A stretch of DNA of 64,000 bases from a virus, in IMG/VR virus record IMGVR_UViG_3300001533_003144, positions 1-64,000 of that record, one strand, 5' to 3'. Below the pieces are notes generated by a model. The model worked only from the letters and a program-made list of their open reading frames with translations. It searched no databases and had not been told where the DNA came from. Position 1 is the stretch's first letter. The number at the start of each line of letters is the position of its first letter. Both the position numbers and the translations under genes were made by a program. Of the stretch, positions 38,764 to 48,543 are shown piece by piece.

Positions 38764-41700
38764 ATGGGTAGCGGTCCCTCTTTTCTTACAAAAGGTTTCC
38801 TTACTTCTCTTGTAAAAAAGATAACTCTTTTTGATTTTGACGGTACAATTGCTTTTACTGGGGAAGAGTTTGAAGACAATCGTTTGATTAATCCTATCGA
38901 AAACCGGGAGATAACTTCCAAGCTTAAAGAACTTATCGAGTCCGGGGAATCTGTAGGGATTCTTACCGCCAGAAAGAACGAGGGTCTGATCCGTAAATAT
39001 CTTTATCATATTGGAATATTTGCGGAGGAGTTGGAAATTTTTACTGTAGGGGATGCTGATTCCGAGGCTAAAGGTGAGTTTATATTGGAAAATTTTACGG
39101 ATTATGATATTGTTGTCCTGTATGATAACCGGTCAGATTATTTAACTTCTGCTGCCGAGATATTAAAAGACTCTGGAATAGGTTTTGCTCCTGTTTTGGT
39201 TGCTGATAATAGGGAATATAAAACCCAGGGTTCTGATCAACCGAATAAGGCATACCAGAGGATAATTGATGCTTACATACAGGATGTTCAGGGTGTGTCT
39301 GTTGAAGATATATCAAGCCTTTGGTATTTAGATCCTGAAGAAGGAGATTTATGGGTACAGATTAAAGAAAGGTTTTTTTCTTTAGTATCTTCCAAAGAGC
39401 GGGAGTTTATAGAATGGGTTTCTCGCTTGCCCGAAAACCTTAAATATGCGGTGTATGCTGTGGATATGGAATTTGACGGGGTACTCGAAGATTTTATTGA
39501 TCATTATGGCGTTAGTGAACTCTATGAACTGGAAAACCTGGTTGATGTTGATTTTTTTCAAAAATGTCTTGATAGAAGAATGGAAAGTTATCGTCTTTTT
39601 CCCTACTTTATGTCTCACGGGTGGCTTTTTAAAGACGGTACTTCTTTAGATGCTTCCGGGGATGATCATCGTCTTATTCCTATGGAGTTATGGTTTCCAG
39701 AGAATATTATAACTCTGCACTTATCCGGATCTGATTTATCGGCTAGGTTGAACACTACAATGAATCAGGGTCAGGTCAGGGCTTTAAACAGGATAATCAA
39801 AGAATTGGGGGTTTCTACCTTTACCTACGATGTTTATCAGGGGAACGATCAAGTTAGTTCGGGTGTTGTAGATCTTATTTCTGAGAGGATAGATTGGGCA
39901 GCTATTCTAAACCCTGTTAAGGTTTCTGGTAGTGAAACTCTTGGATTAAAAAAAGCTACTGATTTAGTAAAGGTGTTGGCAAAAACCATACCTGTTCCGG
40001 ACGAGTACCTTAATCAGATATTTTATCACGGGGGTTATTATGAGGACTCTGTAATTCAAGATATTTTTACAAATGGTCTAAAGGGTAGGGATGTTCAAGG
40101 AAGGGCTATGCTTGCTCCTTTAAAAAACTTTGTTTATATGACTAAAGATTTTAACTACGCTTTAATTTATGCTGTGGGAGGTTCTATTTTAGGTTCCGGT
40201 AGTCCTATGTCTGATTCTAAAGATAAGCCTTGGGGTCTCGTTTTTGAAATACCTGGATCTTCCCTTTCTAATATACAGCCTGACGAGGATGCTATTGGTG
40301 AGCTTATATGGAGAGCATATAGCGAAAACAATGCTTCGTTGGAGTGGTTAAAGTATTATGCAGAAACTTATCTTACCTCTAATCAGTTAAAGAAAATAAA
40401 GGAAGGGGAATATATGTATTATGCTCAAGGAGGTAAAAGGCTTACTAGGTATTTACCTCATAGCGTGTTAGAAAGGTTATTGCAGGTTTCTTTTGCTTTT
40501 TCAAACGAGGGAAGAGTTGCTGTGTCTGGGGCTTATGTTGTTGACAGAAGGCACCCCGAAGTGTTGGGAGGTGATTTTGATTCTATTAAACAGTATATGG
40601 TACATATATCGGGTTTTTCTGAAATGCCTCAAGCCATTGTTCAGTTGGAAGAGCAAGCTAAGATACTGGAAGCTGAAAAAGTTCAGGCAAAGAAAGTAAC
40701 CTCTTCGGAATCTGGGTCTATTCCTTCTACGGTTTCTGGTAAAGATGCTTCTTCTCAGGACATACTTGATTTTTTTTGTGTTACCTCTTCCGGGATTTAT
40801 GGTCTTATCCTTGTAGCCCCCGCTACGGTAGTTGATTGGGTTGAGGGAGTTAAGGACTTGCCTTTTGAGGAAGGGGTTACTTGGTTGTTTAAAAACTATC
40901 CTGATCCTGAACTGACTTTAGAGGTCTGTAATTATCTGAGAAAATTGTACACTAAAATTGCTGGGATAAACATAAGATCTATAAATGCTGTGTGGGAAGA
41001 AAGTATTTGTCCCCGTCTTGTTAAAGATGCCGGTAAAAAGTTTCTTGGTAGTCAGGATAATATTTGGGATGAAGATGGTAATCTTATTAAAGCTTCTTCT
41101 TCTTTGTCGGTTGTTACTGTGGGAGACTATTCCGGTGATTTAAGGGAACTGGCGCATTTAGTTAAGGCAGGGGATCCTGAAGGTATATACTTGGCAGGTG
41201 AACTGATGTCAGAAATTGTCTCTGATGGTTCAATTCTTGTTCCTGTCCCAAGTAGAGAAGGGTATGCCACAACTACTTTAAATTTGTGTGAGTCTATTGT
41301 TAAACATAACCCTTCTTGTCAAGTTTATGATGTTTTAAAAGGGGCTAGCCGGGAGTCTCTTTATGAACTTAAAAAGCAGGGTAAAACTTTAACTGAGGAT
41401 GAGCTTGGTTTGACTCTTTACGGAGATCTTCCTGAAGGGTCTCCTGTATATTTAGTAGATAATGTTGTTGCCACCGGAGCTACTGGTTTAGCTGCTCACA
41501 AAGTTATTCCTAATTCTATTTTGGTAGCAATAGCAGATGATTCCGGGGTGGCTAAAGCTGGTACACATTACACTAATCTGTTTCGCAATGTTGCTTCTGG
41601 GGAAGATTTTAATGCTTTTCTGAAAGGCTTTATTGGTCCTGTTTATCGAGGAGGTTCTAATAAAGATTTATCTCAGGATCAATCTCCTTTCTATTTTACT

Positions 41701-43146
41701 CCTGATAAAGAGAGCGCTTCTTTTTATGGTGAAGTTACACAATATTTTATTAAGGCAGAAAAATCTTTGACAGAAGATTATTTTGGGGCTGAAGATAATG
41801 ATGTTCCTATGGATGCTGATTCGGCTTTTGAAGAGGGTTATGATTGCTATATTGCTGAAAATACTAATGATGGTTATAGTGACCTTGATCAGGTAGTTGT
41901 TCCGGACATTTCGCAGGTTGTTGATGCTTCCCCTATTACTTATGACGATTCGGGTGAAGTGGTTCCTCTGAGTCGGCGATTTAATTCTAACAGTAAAGAT
42001 GTTAGGGCTAAGGAAGTTACTTCTTCGGAGAATTATCATTTTAATCCTGATGATGTTTTACCTCTGTTGCCTGATTTTGTTCCGGAAGATACTCGGTTTG
42101 CTCCTGAGTTTGTTGAATTTAGTTTACCGGGAGATGCTGAGATTTATGGTTACAAGTTAATTCCTATTGAAAATCTTGTTCCTTCCGAGAAGCTTTCTGA
42201 AAAAGATCCTGATAAAGTTGCTTCTATTAAAGCTTCCATTGAGGAAGGAAAAGAAATGCCTCCTCTAATAGTTGAGTTTACTCCTGTACTGGATAAAGGT
42301 AAGCCTTATCAGTTTGCTATATTTGATGGACATCATAGGTATTTAGCTTATAAAGATTTAGGTGTAACAGCTATTCCTTGTGCGGTTATTGTTACCCGTG
42401 AGGATTATTCTTTTGAAACCAATATTGCTGTTGAAGAGCTTTTTCGTGTTGGGGATGCTTCTTTAGAGGGTGCAGAAGTAAGGGCTTCAAGTCAGGTAGA
42501 AATTACTCCTGAAAAGTTAAATAAAATAAACAGTCAGGAATGGTTTACTGGTAATAGAGGATCGGATCATCCCCTTTCAGATTTCCCTGTTTATCTCCCT
42601 TCCAGTTTAACGGTAGCCACTCTTTTTGCTGAAGCCGGTAAATATGTAATGGAAGTAGATGGTGAGGTCTTTATGAATATAGATGAACACGAAGCTCAGA
42701 TCCTTACCAATGCAATAGATCCTGTATTTGTTCCGGAAGATATTGTAGGATGGAAAAGTAATTTACTTGATCCCGAAATTGTTGGTGAGGAGGAAGCTCA
42801 GGCTGTTAAAAAGGCTTTAGAGTATTTTGGTCTGGTGGATGTAACTTCTTTCCGGTTATTGCTTAAAGATGAAAGTATTTCCGGGGTATTTGTTGCAAGG
42901 GTAAGTCTTAAAAATGTTAAGGTAGTAGATTATTATGGTCGAGTAAGGGGATCGGAAGATACTTTTTTAGGTGTAGATGCTCGACAGGCTAAAGACGAGG
43001 GTTGTGATGGTTTCTTAGGTAAAAATATTCGTGAAGGTGGTTTAGTTTTTGAGGAGGATTTTCCTATAGCGGATACTTTAGTGGTATTTGATGGATCTTC
43101 CATATCCTCTTTTGAGAAAAACCTTATTAAAGGTTATGGAGGTTAG
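38764..43146 (+). CDS. 1460-aa polyvalent protein (HAD phosphatase, three ART-like domains, ComF-like PRTase, ParB/Srx-like)
   Basis: FDFDGT/LTAR/LYDN; FYHGG..VYMT..FEI; LVPVPS..LVDNVVATG; VYRGG..FYFT..GYD; PPLIV..DGHHR; FTG..VYL..GCDG..VVFD. Confidence 0.75.
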   Translation: MGSGPSFLTKGFLTSLVKKITLFDFDGTIAFTGEEFEDNRLINPIENREITSKLKELIESGESVGILTARKNEGLIRKYLYHIGIFAEELEIFTVGDADSEAKGEFILENFTDYDIVVLYDNRSDYLTSAAEILKDSGIGFAPVLVADNREYKTQGSDQPNKAYQRIIDAYIQDVQGVSVEDISSLWYLDPEEGDLWVQIKERFFSLVSSKEREFIEWVSRLPENLKYAVYAVDMEFDGVLEDFIDHYGVSELYELENLVDVDFFQKCLDRRMESYRLFPYFMSHGWLFKDGTSLDASGDDHRLIPMELWFPENIITLHLSGSDLSARLNTTMNQGQVRALNRIIKELGVSTFTYDVYQGNDQVSSGVVDLISERIDWAAILNPVKVSGSETLGLKKATDLVKVLAKTIPVPDEYLNQIFYHGGYYEDSVIQDIFTNGLKGRDVQGRAMLAPLKNFVYMTKDFNYALIYAVGGSILGSGSPMSDSKDKPWGLVFEIPGSSLSNIQPDEDAIGELIWRAYSENNASLEWLKYYAETYLTSNQLKKIKEGEYMYYAQGGKRLTRYLPHSVLERLLQVSFAFSNEGRVAVSGAYVVDRRHPEVLGGDFDSIKQYMVHISGFSEMPQAIVQLEEQAKILEAEKVQAKKVTSSESGSIPSTVSGKDASSQDILDFFCVTSSGIYGLILVAPATVVDWVEGVKDLPFEEGVTWLFKNYPDPELTLEVCNYLRKLYTKIAGINIRSINAVWEESICPRLVKDAGKKFLGSQDNIWDEDGNLIKASSSLSVVTVGDYSGDLRELAHLVKAGDPEGIYLAGELMSEIVSDGSILVPVPSREGYATTTLNLCESIVKHNPSCQVYDVLKGASRESLYELKKQGKTLTEDELGLTLYGDLPEGSPVYLVDNVVATGATGLAAHKVIPNSILVAIADDSGVAKAGTHYTNLFRNVASGEDFNAFLKGFIGPVYRGGSNKDLSQDQSPFYFTPDKESASFYGEVTQYFIKAEKSLTEDYFGAEDNDVPMDADSAFEEGYDCYIAENTNDGYSDLDQVVVPDISQVVDASPITYDDSGEVVPLSRRFNSNSKDVRAKEVTSSENYHFNPDDVLPLLPDFVPEDTRFAPEFVEFSLPGDAEIYGYKLIPIENLVPSEKLSEKDPDKVASIKASIEEGKEMPPLIVEFTPVLDKGKPYQFAIFDGHHRYLAYKDLGVTAIPCAVIVTREDYSFETNIAVEELFRVGDASLEGAEVRASSQVEITPEKLNKINSQEWFTGNRGSDHPLSDFPVYLPSSLTVATLFAEAGKYVMEVDGEVFMNIDEHEAQILTNAIDPVFVPEDIVGWKSNLLDPEIVGEEEAQAVKKALEYFGLVDVTSFRLLLKDESISGVFVARVSLKNVKVVDYYGRVRGSEDTFLGVDARQAKDEGCDGFLGKNIREGGLVFEEDFPIADTLVVFDGSSISSFEKNLIKGYGG

Positions 43147-43555
43147 TATGTCTAAAGTAATTGGTTCTATTGTGGCGGTGTTGCTTGTTGTAATATCGTT
43201 CAGTTTGGTGTTAATGTCTGGAGGAGAGTCTGAACAGGTTATTCCGGGAAAGAACGGTTCGGAATATTCCGTATTGTTGGATCTTCCTACTGGAATTCTT
43301 GAGCTTATCGAAGAGTGTAAATTAAAGGAGGTTGACCAGACCTGTAATGTAGCTGTTACAGTTAAAGTTAAATTACTTAAAAAACCCTCTGGGCCTGGTA
43401 CTCTTCCTGAAAAAGAGACTGAGGTGGAAGAGATTGATGTGGAGGGAAAAAAAGAAACCCCTGATAAATCTGGGGAGGAAAAAGAAGTTCCGGATACGAA
43501 TACCGTTCTGGAAACTTCTGGAGATATAATAATCCCTTCTAAAGCAGGGGCTTAA
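43088..43555 (+). CDS. membrane-anchored protein (likely start ATG 43148)
   Basis: N-terminal TM segment MSKVIGSIVAVLLVVISFSLVLM. Confidence 0.55.
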   Translation: MMDLPYPLLRKTLLKVMEVSMSKVIGSIVAVLLVVISFSLVLMSGGESEQVIPGKNGSEYSVLLDLPTGILELIEECKLKEVDQTCNVAVTVKVKLLKKPSGPGTLPEKETEVEEIDVEGKKETPDKSGEEKEVPDTNTVLETSGDIIIPSKAGA

Positions 43556-43597
43556 AATATAGTCTTAGTTTTCTTGTTTCCTATAGAAGTTTTCTCT

Positions 43598-43608
43598 TTT
43601 ATATAATA
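43598..43608 (+). promoter_or_regulatory. phage promoter motif class B, copy 2
   Basis: CTCTTTTATATAATA upstream of the portal operon. Confidence 0.7.
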
Positions 43609-43644
43609 TAGTGTAGATTTTTTTCGTTTATTACGGAGGTCAAA

Positions 43645-44049
43645 ATGAGCGAAACAGGATATGCTCGTTATTGTGAGCAACAGCGTATAGCTAAAGGAGA
43701 TCCTTTGAGTGGGGCTTTTTTGAAGGTTAAGGCTGATCGTGAGGAGAAAGAAGGGTTATCAGAGTTTGATGGGCTGATAGATGTTGACCGGGTGGAGGAA
43801 CCTGTTTTTGTTAATGTTGAAGATGAAAAAATTATTGAAGAGATGTTGACTCCTATTACAGAGGATGGAGAACCCTTAGACTTTGAATCTTTTGAGGATC
43901 GTGAGGAGAAGAAATTTAACTACGATTCTGAGGAAGAAGAGACTTTTGAAGACCCCGAAAAACGGGTTAAGGAAGAGGTTGGTGATGCTAAGGTTCTTGT
44001 AGAGGATTTGGATGATTCCTTGTCTGAGATTGAAGGTATTCTTGATTAA
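43645..44049 (+). CDS. acidic hypothetical protein
   Basis: GGAGG RBS; D/E-rich. Confidence 0.6.
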   Translation: MSETGYARYCEQQRIAKGDPLSGAFLKVKADREEKEGLSEFDGLIDVDRVEEPVFVNVEDEKIIEEMLTPITEDGEPLDFESFEDREEKKFNYDSEEEETFEDPEKRVKEEVGDAKVLVEDLDDSLSEIEGILD

Positions 44050-44061
44050 GGGGGTGTTGTT

Positions 44062-44277
44062 ATGAAAGTGACGGCTTTAGTAAAGGCAGCTAATCTGTCT
44101 GAATTGTATCGTCCTGGAGATCCTGTTCAGCTTGAAGATGGTTCTCAGGGTATAATTACTGAAATAGATGAAGCCTCAGGTTTGATTGATATTGAAATGC
44201 CGGAAGATGCTGATGTTGAAAAAATGTCCGTTAATGTACCGCAAGATATTCAAACTCCTTTTAAACGGGTGGACTAA
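44062..44277 (+). CDS. small KOW/SH3-like protein
   Basis: YRPGDPVQL..GSQGIITEID. Confidence 0.55.
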   Translation: MKVTALVKAANLSELYRPGDPVQLEDGSQGIITEIDEASGLIDIEMPEDADVEKMSVNVPQDIQTPFKRVD

Positions 44278-44615
44278 TGATCGCAAATGCTGTTGTTAGT
44301 GAGATACTTGAAGGAATATCTTTTCCTTCTAGTTTCAGGTTAGTTAGTTCTACAAAATTACCTAACGAGATATTAAGTCGGTTTGAGGTGTTGGTTCAGA
44401 ATTCCGAGACTGTACAGGTGGTTAGGTTTGATGTTTGGGTATCTGAGTATGATGGTGTTGTTTTAGGTTACAGGATTAATGATTATTTAGGTAATGTTTT
44501 ATCTGTTTTAAATGATGATACTGTTCAGCCTTATTTTTATGTTCAGGATCACCGGCAGTATATGGCGGATCTGGGTAGAGTAGCTGTTCGGTTTGGGAGG
44601 TCAAGGTGGCTTTAA
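44277..44615 (+). CDS. hypothetical protein
   Basis: TAATG coupling. Confidence 0.55.
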   Translation: MIANAVVSEILEGISFPSSFRLVSSTKLPNEILSRFEVLVQNSETVQVVRFDVWVSEYDGVVLGYRINDYLGNVLSVLNDDTVQPYFYVQDHRQYMADLGRVAVRFGRSRWL

Positions 44616-47245
44616 GATATAAAAAAAGAAGGGGTGTTTCTAAACCTTCTGCAAGGGCTGTTGGTGTAGCAGCCTCCGGGGGCTTTAGTTCTACTTCTTC
44701 TTATTCTATGACTACAGGTACTCCTGATATAAGGGATCCCTTATTTTCTCCGGAAGGTTTTTATATCACTAATCAGGATATTAAGACTTATAATAGGTGG
44801 ATACGGTATTATGATGCTTTTCACCCTATTTTACCTAACTCTTTGGACATACACTCACTGTTCCCTATCAGTGATTTTAGTTTTAAAGGCATTGAAGATC
44901 CTTTTGTATCTAAATTTTATACTTTTGTTAAGGATGATGTTCTCAGTCTCCTCGACTGGGTTATACTTGTCTCTACGGAGTATGAGCGGTTAGGTGAGGC
45001 TTTTTCTTTTTTTCAGTGGGATACCTATAACGGGTACTTTAATACGGCTACTATACTTAATCCTGATCTGCTTGAGATTTATCCGTTTGAATGGGACGGT
45101 TCAAAAAGGTTTGTGGTGTCTATGGATATTCCCGAAACCTTTCAAGTTCTTTATGATAAGAAAGGTGTTGATTCTCGTTATAGGGGTATGTGGTTATCTC
45201 TCGACCCTGTTATTAGAAGATGTGTGGAGTCGGGTTTGCCTATACCTCTTAATCCTGACAATGTTTTTGGTATGCAGAGGTTACAACATGCTTACGATGT
45301 CCGGGGGACTAGTCAGGTGTTGCGTGTCCTGAAAGACCTGATGTACGAAGATAAGCTCAGGGAAGCTCAGATGGCTGTAGCCGATGGTCATATTACTCCT
45401 TATCAGTTATGGAAAATAGGTAACTCACAGCAAGGGTATGTCCCTACGGAAGGGGAACTTGCTGAGTGGGATAAAATGTTAGCAAATGCCGAACACCAAA
45501 ACCTGTTTAGAATAGTAACACACTCGGATGTTGCTTATGAGACTAAAGGGGTTTCGGAGGGGCTTTTAAATATAACCGGTGAAATGGAAAAGATAGAAGA
45601 TCGTATTTTAACTGCTCTATATACCAGTCGAAGTATGACTACGGGTGAGGGTCCTTGTGTTAGTGCGGACACTGAAGTTTTAACGGCTTCTGGGTTCAAG
45701 CCTTTTCCGGAAGTTACTGTAAAAGATTTGGTTGCCTCTGTAAATCCTTCTACACACGAGATAGAGTATTGCTATCCGAAAGAAGTTCTGTGCTTTGATG
45801 TAGAAGGTCCTATGTTTCTCTTTAAGAATAATGCTTTGGACCATAAAGTGACCCCTAATCACCGGTGTTTTGTTAAAACTTCACCTAAAAAGCCTTTTGA
45901 GATATTGAGGGCTGAGTTGATTAAAGGGCATCATAGGTTTATGACTGGGATAACCCCTTTTAAAGGTCAGGATGTTTCCGAGATAAAGATTGGTAATAGG
46001 GCTTATCCTATCGAGGATTATCTTAAATTAGTTGGGTTATATTTATCAGAAGGTAATATTGATTATTCTAAGTCAAAAAATTGTGCTGGTGTTTGTATTA
46101 CTCAGACAAAACAGCATAAGAAAGGATTAAACCCTAGGTTTTTAGAGATATCTGAGGCTCTTTTAAAGTTCAGTCCTCATTTTTATTTTTCAGAGTTAAA
46201 ATCTCCTCAAGGGAGTAAAGGTAGGTTTCGTTTATATGATCCAGAGCTTGCTAAACATATCGTTAAAAATTATGGATGTGGTTCCCTTAATAAGAAAATA
46301 CCTCTTTGGGTAAAAGCTCTTTCTTCTCCTTTGCTTGAGAATCTTTTAGAGGGCTGTTTCCTTGGTGATGGTTCTTTCACAAATAAAACCCGTTCTTCAG
46401 GGGGCTACGAGATATATACGATTTCTAAGGCTTTAGCCGATTCTCTTCAGGAGGTTGCTTTAAAGTGCGGGAAGGTTTCGATTATCAAGTTGAGGAAAAG
46501 ACCTTTACCTAGGAAAGACTTATATCGTGTCCGTATATACTGCCCTGGAGATGTCCGTAAAGAGGTTTTCAAATACCCTTCTTTAGGTAGAACTTCTGCT
46601 ATAAAGACTGAACTTTATAAAGGTAAGGTGTATTCTTTGGATTTACCTCCTAACAGGCTATATGTGTCCCGTAGAAAAGGGAAAATAACGGTTACAGGGA
46701 ATACTTACAGTAATGCTGTAATAGGTTTAAAGGTTCTTGAGGGTAGGTATCAGAATAAGTTGTATCGTATCTCTTCAACTATCCGGAGCCTTTTTAAGAA
46801 GATTGCTTATGCCAACGATTTTTATGAGACTACTCAGGCCGAGCTTTCACACGGTGTCCGGAGATCTAAAAAAGATAGGAAACTGTTGGTCCCTATGGTT
46901 CATTGGGATAATTATTTCAGCTTTTCAAAAGATATTGAAAGGGCAAAGTTTTACCAAACCTTAGCTCAGGCACATAAAATAAGCTGGAGAAGGGTATTGG
47001 AGATATTGGGTCTTGATTTTGATGAGGAACGCAAAATCCTTGCTGAGGATATGAAAACTATTATGGATACCGATGTGTATAAACAGAAAATAACTGATTT
47101 TACGGGTAAAGAAGATCCTTATGCAGGGGGTTCCCCTACGGATCTTTCTTCTCCTCCTAGTCCGGGAGAGGTGGCTATGGAAGATGTAGGGGCGGAAGTT
47201 ATGGAGGATGTTGGTGCCCCCCCTTTACCTGATATAGATGTCTAA
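44606..47245 (+). CDS. portal protein (intein-containing)
   Basis: EYERLGEAF, LNPD, RGTS..LR.LKDLMYEDKLR.AQ..A, GEGP|TYSNA; position before protease and capsid. Confidence 0.85.
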   Translation: MALRYKKRRGVSKPSARAVGVAASGGFSSTSSYSMTTGTPDIRDPLFSPEGFYITNQDIKTYNRWIRYYDAFHPILPNSLDIHSLFPISDFSFKGIEDPFVSKFYTFVKDDVLSLLDWVILVSTEYERLGEAFSFFQWDTYNGYFNTATILNPDLLEIYPFEWDGSKRFVVSMDIPETFQVLYDKKGVDSRYRGMWLSLDPVIRRCVESGLPIPLNPDNVFGMQRLQHAYDVRGTSQVLRVLKDLMYEDKLREAQMAVADGHITPYQLWKIGNSQQGYVPTEGELAEWDKMLANAEHQNLFRIVTHSDVAYETKGVSEGLLNITGEMEKIEDRILTALYTSRSMTTGEGPCVSADTEVLTASGFKPFPEVTVKDLVASVNPSTHEIEYCYPKEVLCFDVEGPMFLFKNNALDHKVTPNHRCFVKTSPKKPFEILRAELIKGHHRFMTGITPFKGQDVSEIKIGNRAYPIEDYLKLVGLYLSEGNIDYSKSKNCAGVCITQTKQHKKGLNPRFLEISEALLKFSPHFYFSELKSPQGSKGRFRLYDPELAKHIVKNYGCGSLNKKIPLWVKALSSPLLENLLEGCFLGDGSFTNKTRSSGGYEIYTISKALADSLQEVALKCGKVSIIKLRKRPLPRKDLYRVRIYCPGDVRKEVFKYPSLGRTSAIKTELYKGKVYSLDLPPNRLYVSRRKGKITVTGNTYSNAVIGLKVLEGRYQNKLYRISSTIRSLFKKIAYANDFYETTQAELSHGVRRSKKDRKLLVPMVHWDNYFSFSKDIERAKFYQTLAQAHKISWRRVLEILGLDFDEERKILAEDMKTIMDTDVYKQKITDFTGKEDPYAGGSPTDLSSPPSPGEVAMEDVGAEVMEDVGAPPLPDIDV
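45656..46702 (+). mobile_element. intein with LAGLIDADG endonuclease (349 aa)
   Basis: Starts CVSADTEVLT, block B VTPNH, LVGLYLSEG and LEGCFLGDG, ends TVTGN before Thr+1. Confidence 0.93.
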
Positions 47246-47256
47246 GGAGGGGTTAA

Positions 47257-47409
47257 ATGGCTTTTAAAATGAAAGGAAAAGGTAAACCTGTTTCTTTAAT
47301 TCGGGGAGAAAAAAAGGTAGATGCTTCTACCGGCAAAACAAAAAAGGTGTTAGTTGAACGACCTATCCCTGAAAAAAAAGAAGAAAAAGAGGATAAATCG
47401 GGAGAATAG
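47257..47409 (+). CDS. 50-aa basic protein (not in ORF track)
   Basis: AAGGAGG RBS, MAFKMKGKGKPV... Confidence 0.6.
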   Translation: MAFKMKGKGKPVSLIRGEKKVDASTGKTKKVLVERPIPEKKEEKEDKSGE

Positions 47410-47411
47410 TT

Positions 47412-47741
47412 ATGTCACTGTACCTAAACAAGGCGATGTTTAAGTCGCAGATAGATAAGTCCTTTTATTATGGTCTAGGTTTTTTCGGGGGTCTGGGTTT
47501 AGATTTTATGACGGCAACTTCTTCAAAATCTCAAGAATCTAATCCTCCTTATGATGATATAGCTAAAGTTTTTGAGGAGGTTTTAAATAATTCTTCCGGA
47601 TTGAGCTTTAGTGCAAAAAAGGAGATAAAAGACAAGTTATCTCCTTTAGGTGTTGAGCTTACGGACGAGGGGGTTGAGTTTTTGTATAACTCCTATTTAG
47701 ATTGTCTTGAGCCTGATTTATATAATAGTTTTGTAGAGTAG
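47412..47741 (+). CDS. hypothetical protein
   Basis: ORF in head operon. Confidence 0.55.
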   Translation: MSLYLNKAMFKSQIDKSFYYGLGFFGGLGLDFMTATSSKSQESNPPYDDIAKVFEEVLNNSSGLSFSAKKEIKDKLSPLGVELTDEGVEFLYNSYLDCLEPDLYNSFVE

Positions 47742-47748
47742 GAGGGTT

Positions 47749-48528
47749 TTGGCTATGCCTTTTTTTGTTAGAGCAAAAAGTTCTAAATTACAGATTATAA
47801 CTAAAAAGACTGTTGCCTGTAATGATGTTGAGGTTCCTCTTGATCTTGAAAATCATTTTTATATCCGTAACTGGGCTGTCTCAAGTTATGAACGCTGGGG
47901 ACTAAACACTAATGCTGATGGGTTCAGGCACAGACATCTCAGTAATGATTTCAAGTCTTTTGATGGTGCTTGGGTATGTCTTGATCATGTTGCAGAGTCC
48001 TCTGAAGATAGTGTTGGGTCTGTTTTACATCCAGTATATACTAATGAGCAGTATGTAGAAAATATTCTTGCGGTGAACCGTACCTTAGTAGAGAAAAAGG
48101 GGTATCCTTTTCTTGAGAAGGACATACTTGAAGGTAGGATTACTGACACAAGTATGGGTGCTGTTTCAAGGGCTACAGAGTGTACAATCTGTCGTAATGT
48201 AGCTAGAAATGAGAAAGAATATTGTGAGCATCTCCGGAAAGATGCTTTAGGTAATTCAATGAAAGGTAGGACTGTCGTTGTTGCCGGTAAGCCTCGTGTG
48301 GTTGGTGAGTTGTATGTAGATTCCATTTTTCTTGAGGACTCCATTTTGACAGAAGATGCCGGGGCTGATATTAACGCTAAAATTTTTAATATAGCTGCAA
48401 GCCGAAATAAAGGTGTGGCTTGTGGTGATGCTTTATATTTTGCTATTAAGGCGGCAATTAAGGAACACGGTAGGACTCGTTATTTGAGCAGATTGCTGGA
48501 CAGTTTTGAGCAGAAGATAGATGTTTAG
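47749..48528 (+). CDS. prohead maturation protease
   Basis: NTNADGF, CLDH, TSMG (catalytic Ser candidate), CTIC..YCEH, E.S....AD. Confidence 0.75.
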   Translation: MAMPFFVRAKSSKLQIITKKTVACNDVEVPLDLENHFYIRNWAVSSYERWGLNTNADGFRHRHLSNDFKSFDGAWVCLDHVAESSEDSVGSVLHPVYTNEQYVENILAVNRTLVEKKGYPFLEKDILEGRITDTSMGAVSRATECTICRNVARNEKEYCEHLRKDALGNSMKGRTVVVAGKPRVVGELYVDSIFLEDSILTEDAGADINAKIFNIAASRNKGVACGDALYFAIKAAIKEHGRTRYLSRLLDSFEQKIDV

Positions 48529-48543
48529 TTTAGGAGGAACATT

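Noticed and set aside
43268-43278. Seventh class A promoter (TCCGTATTGTT)
   Set aside because: Two mismatches and located inside a CDS
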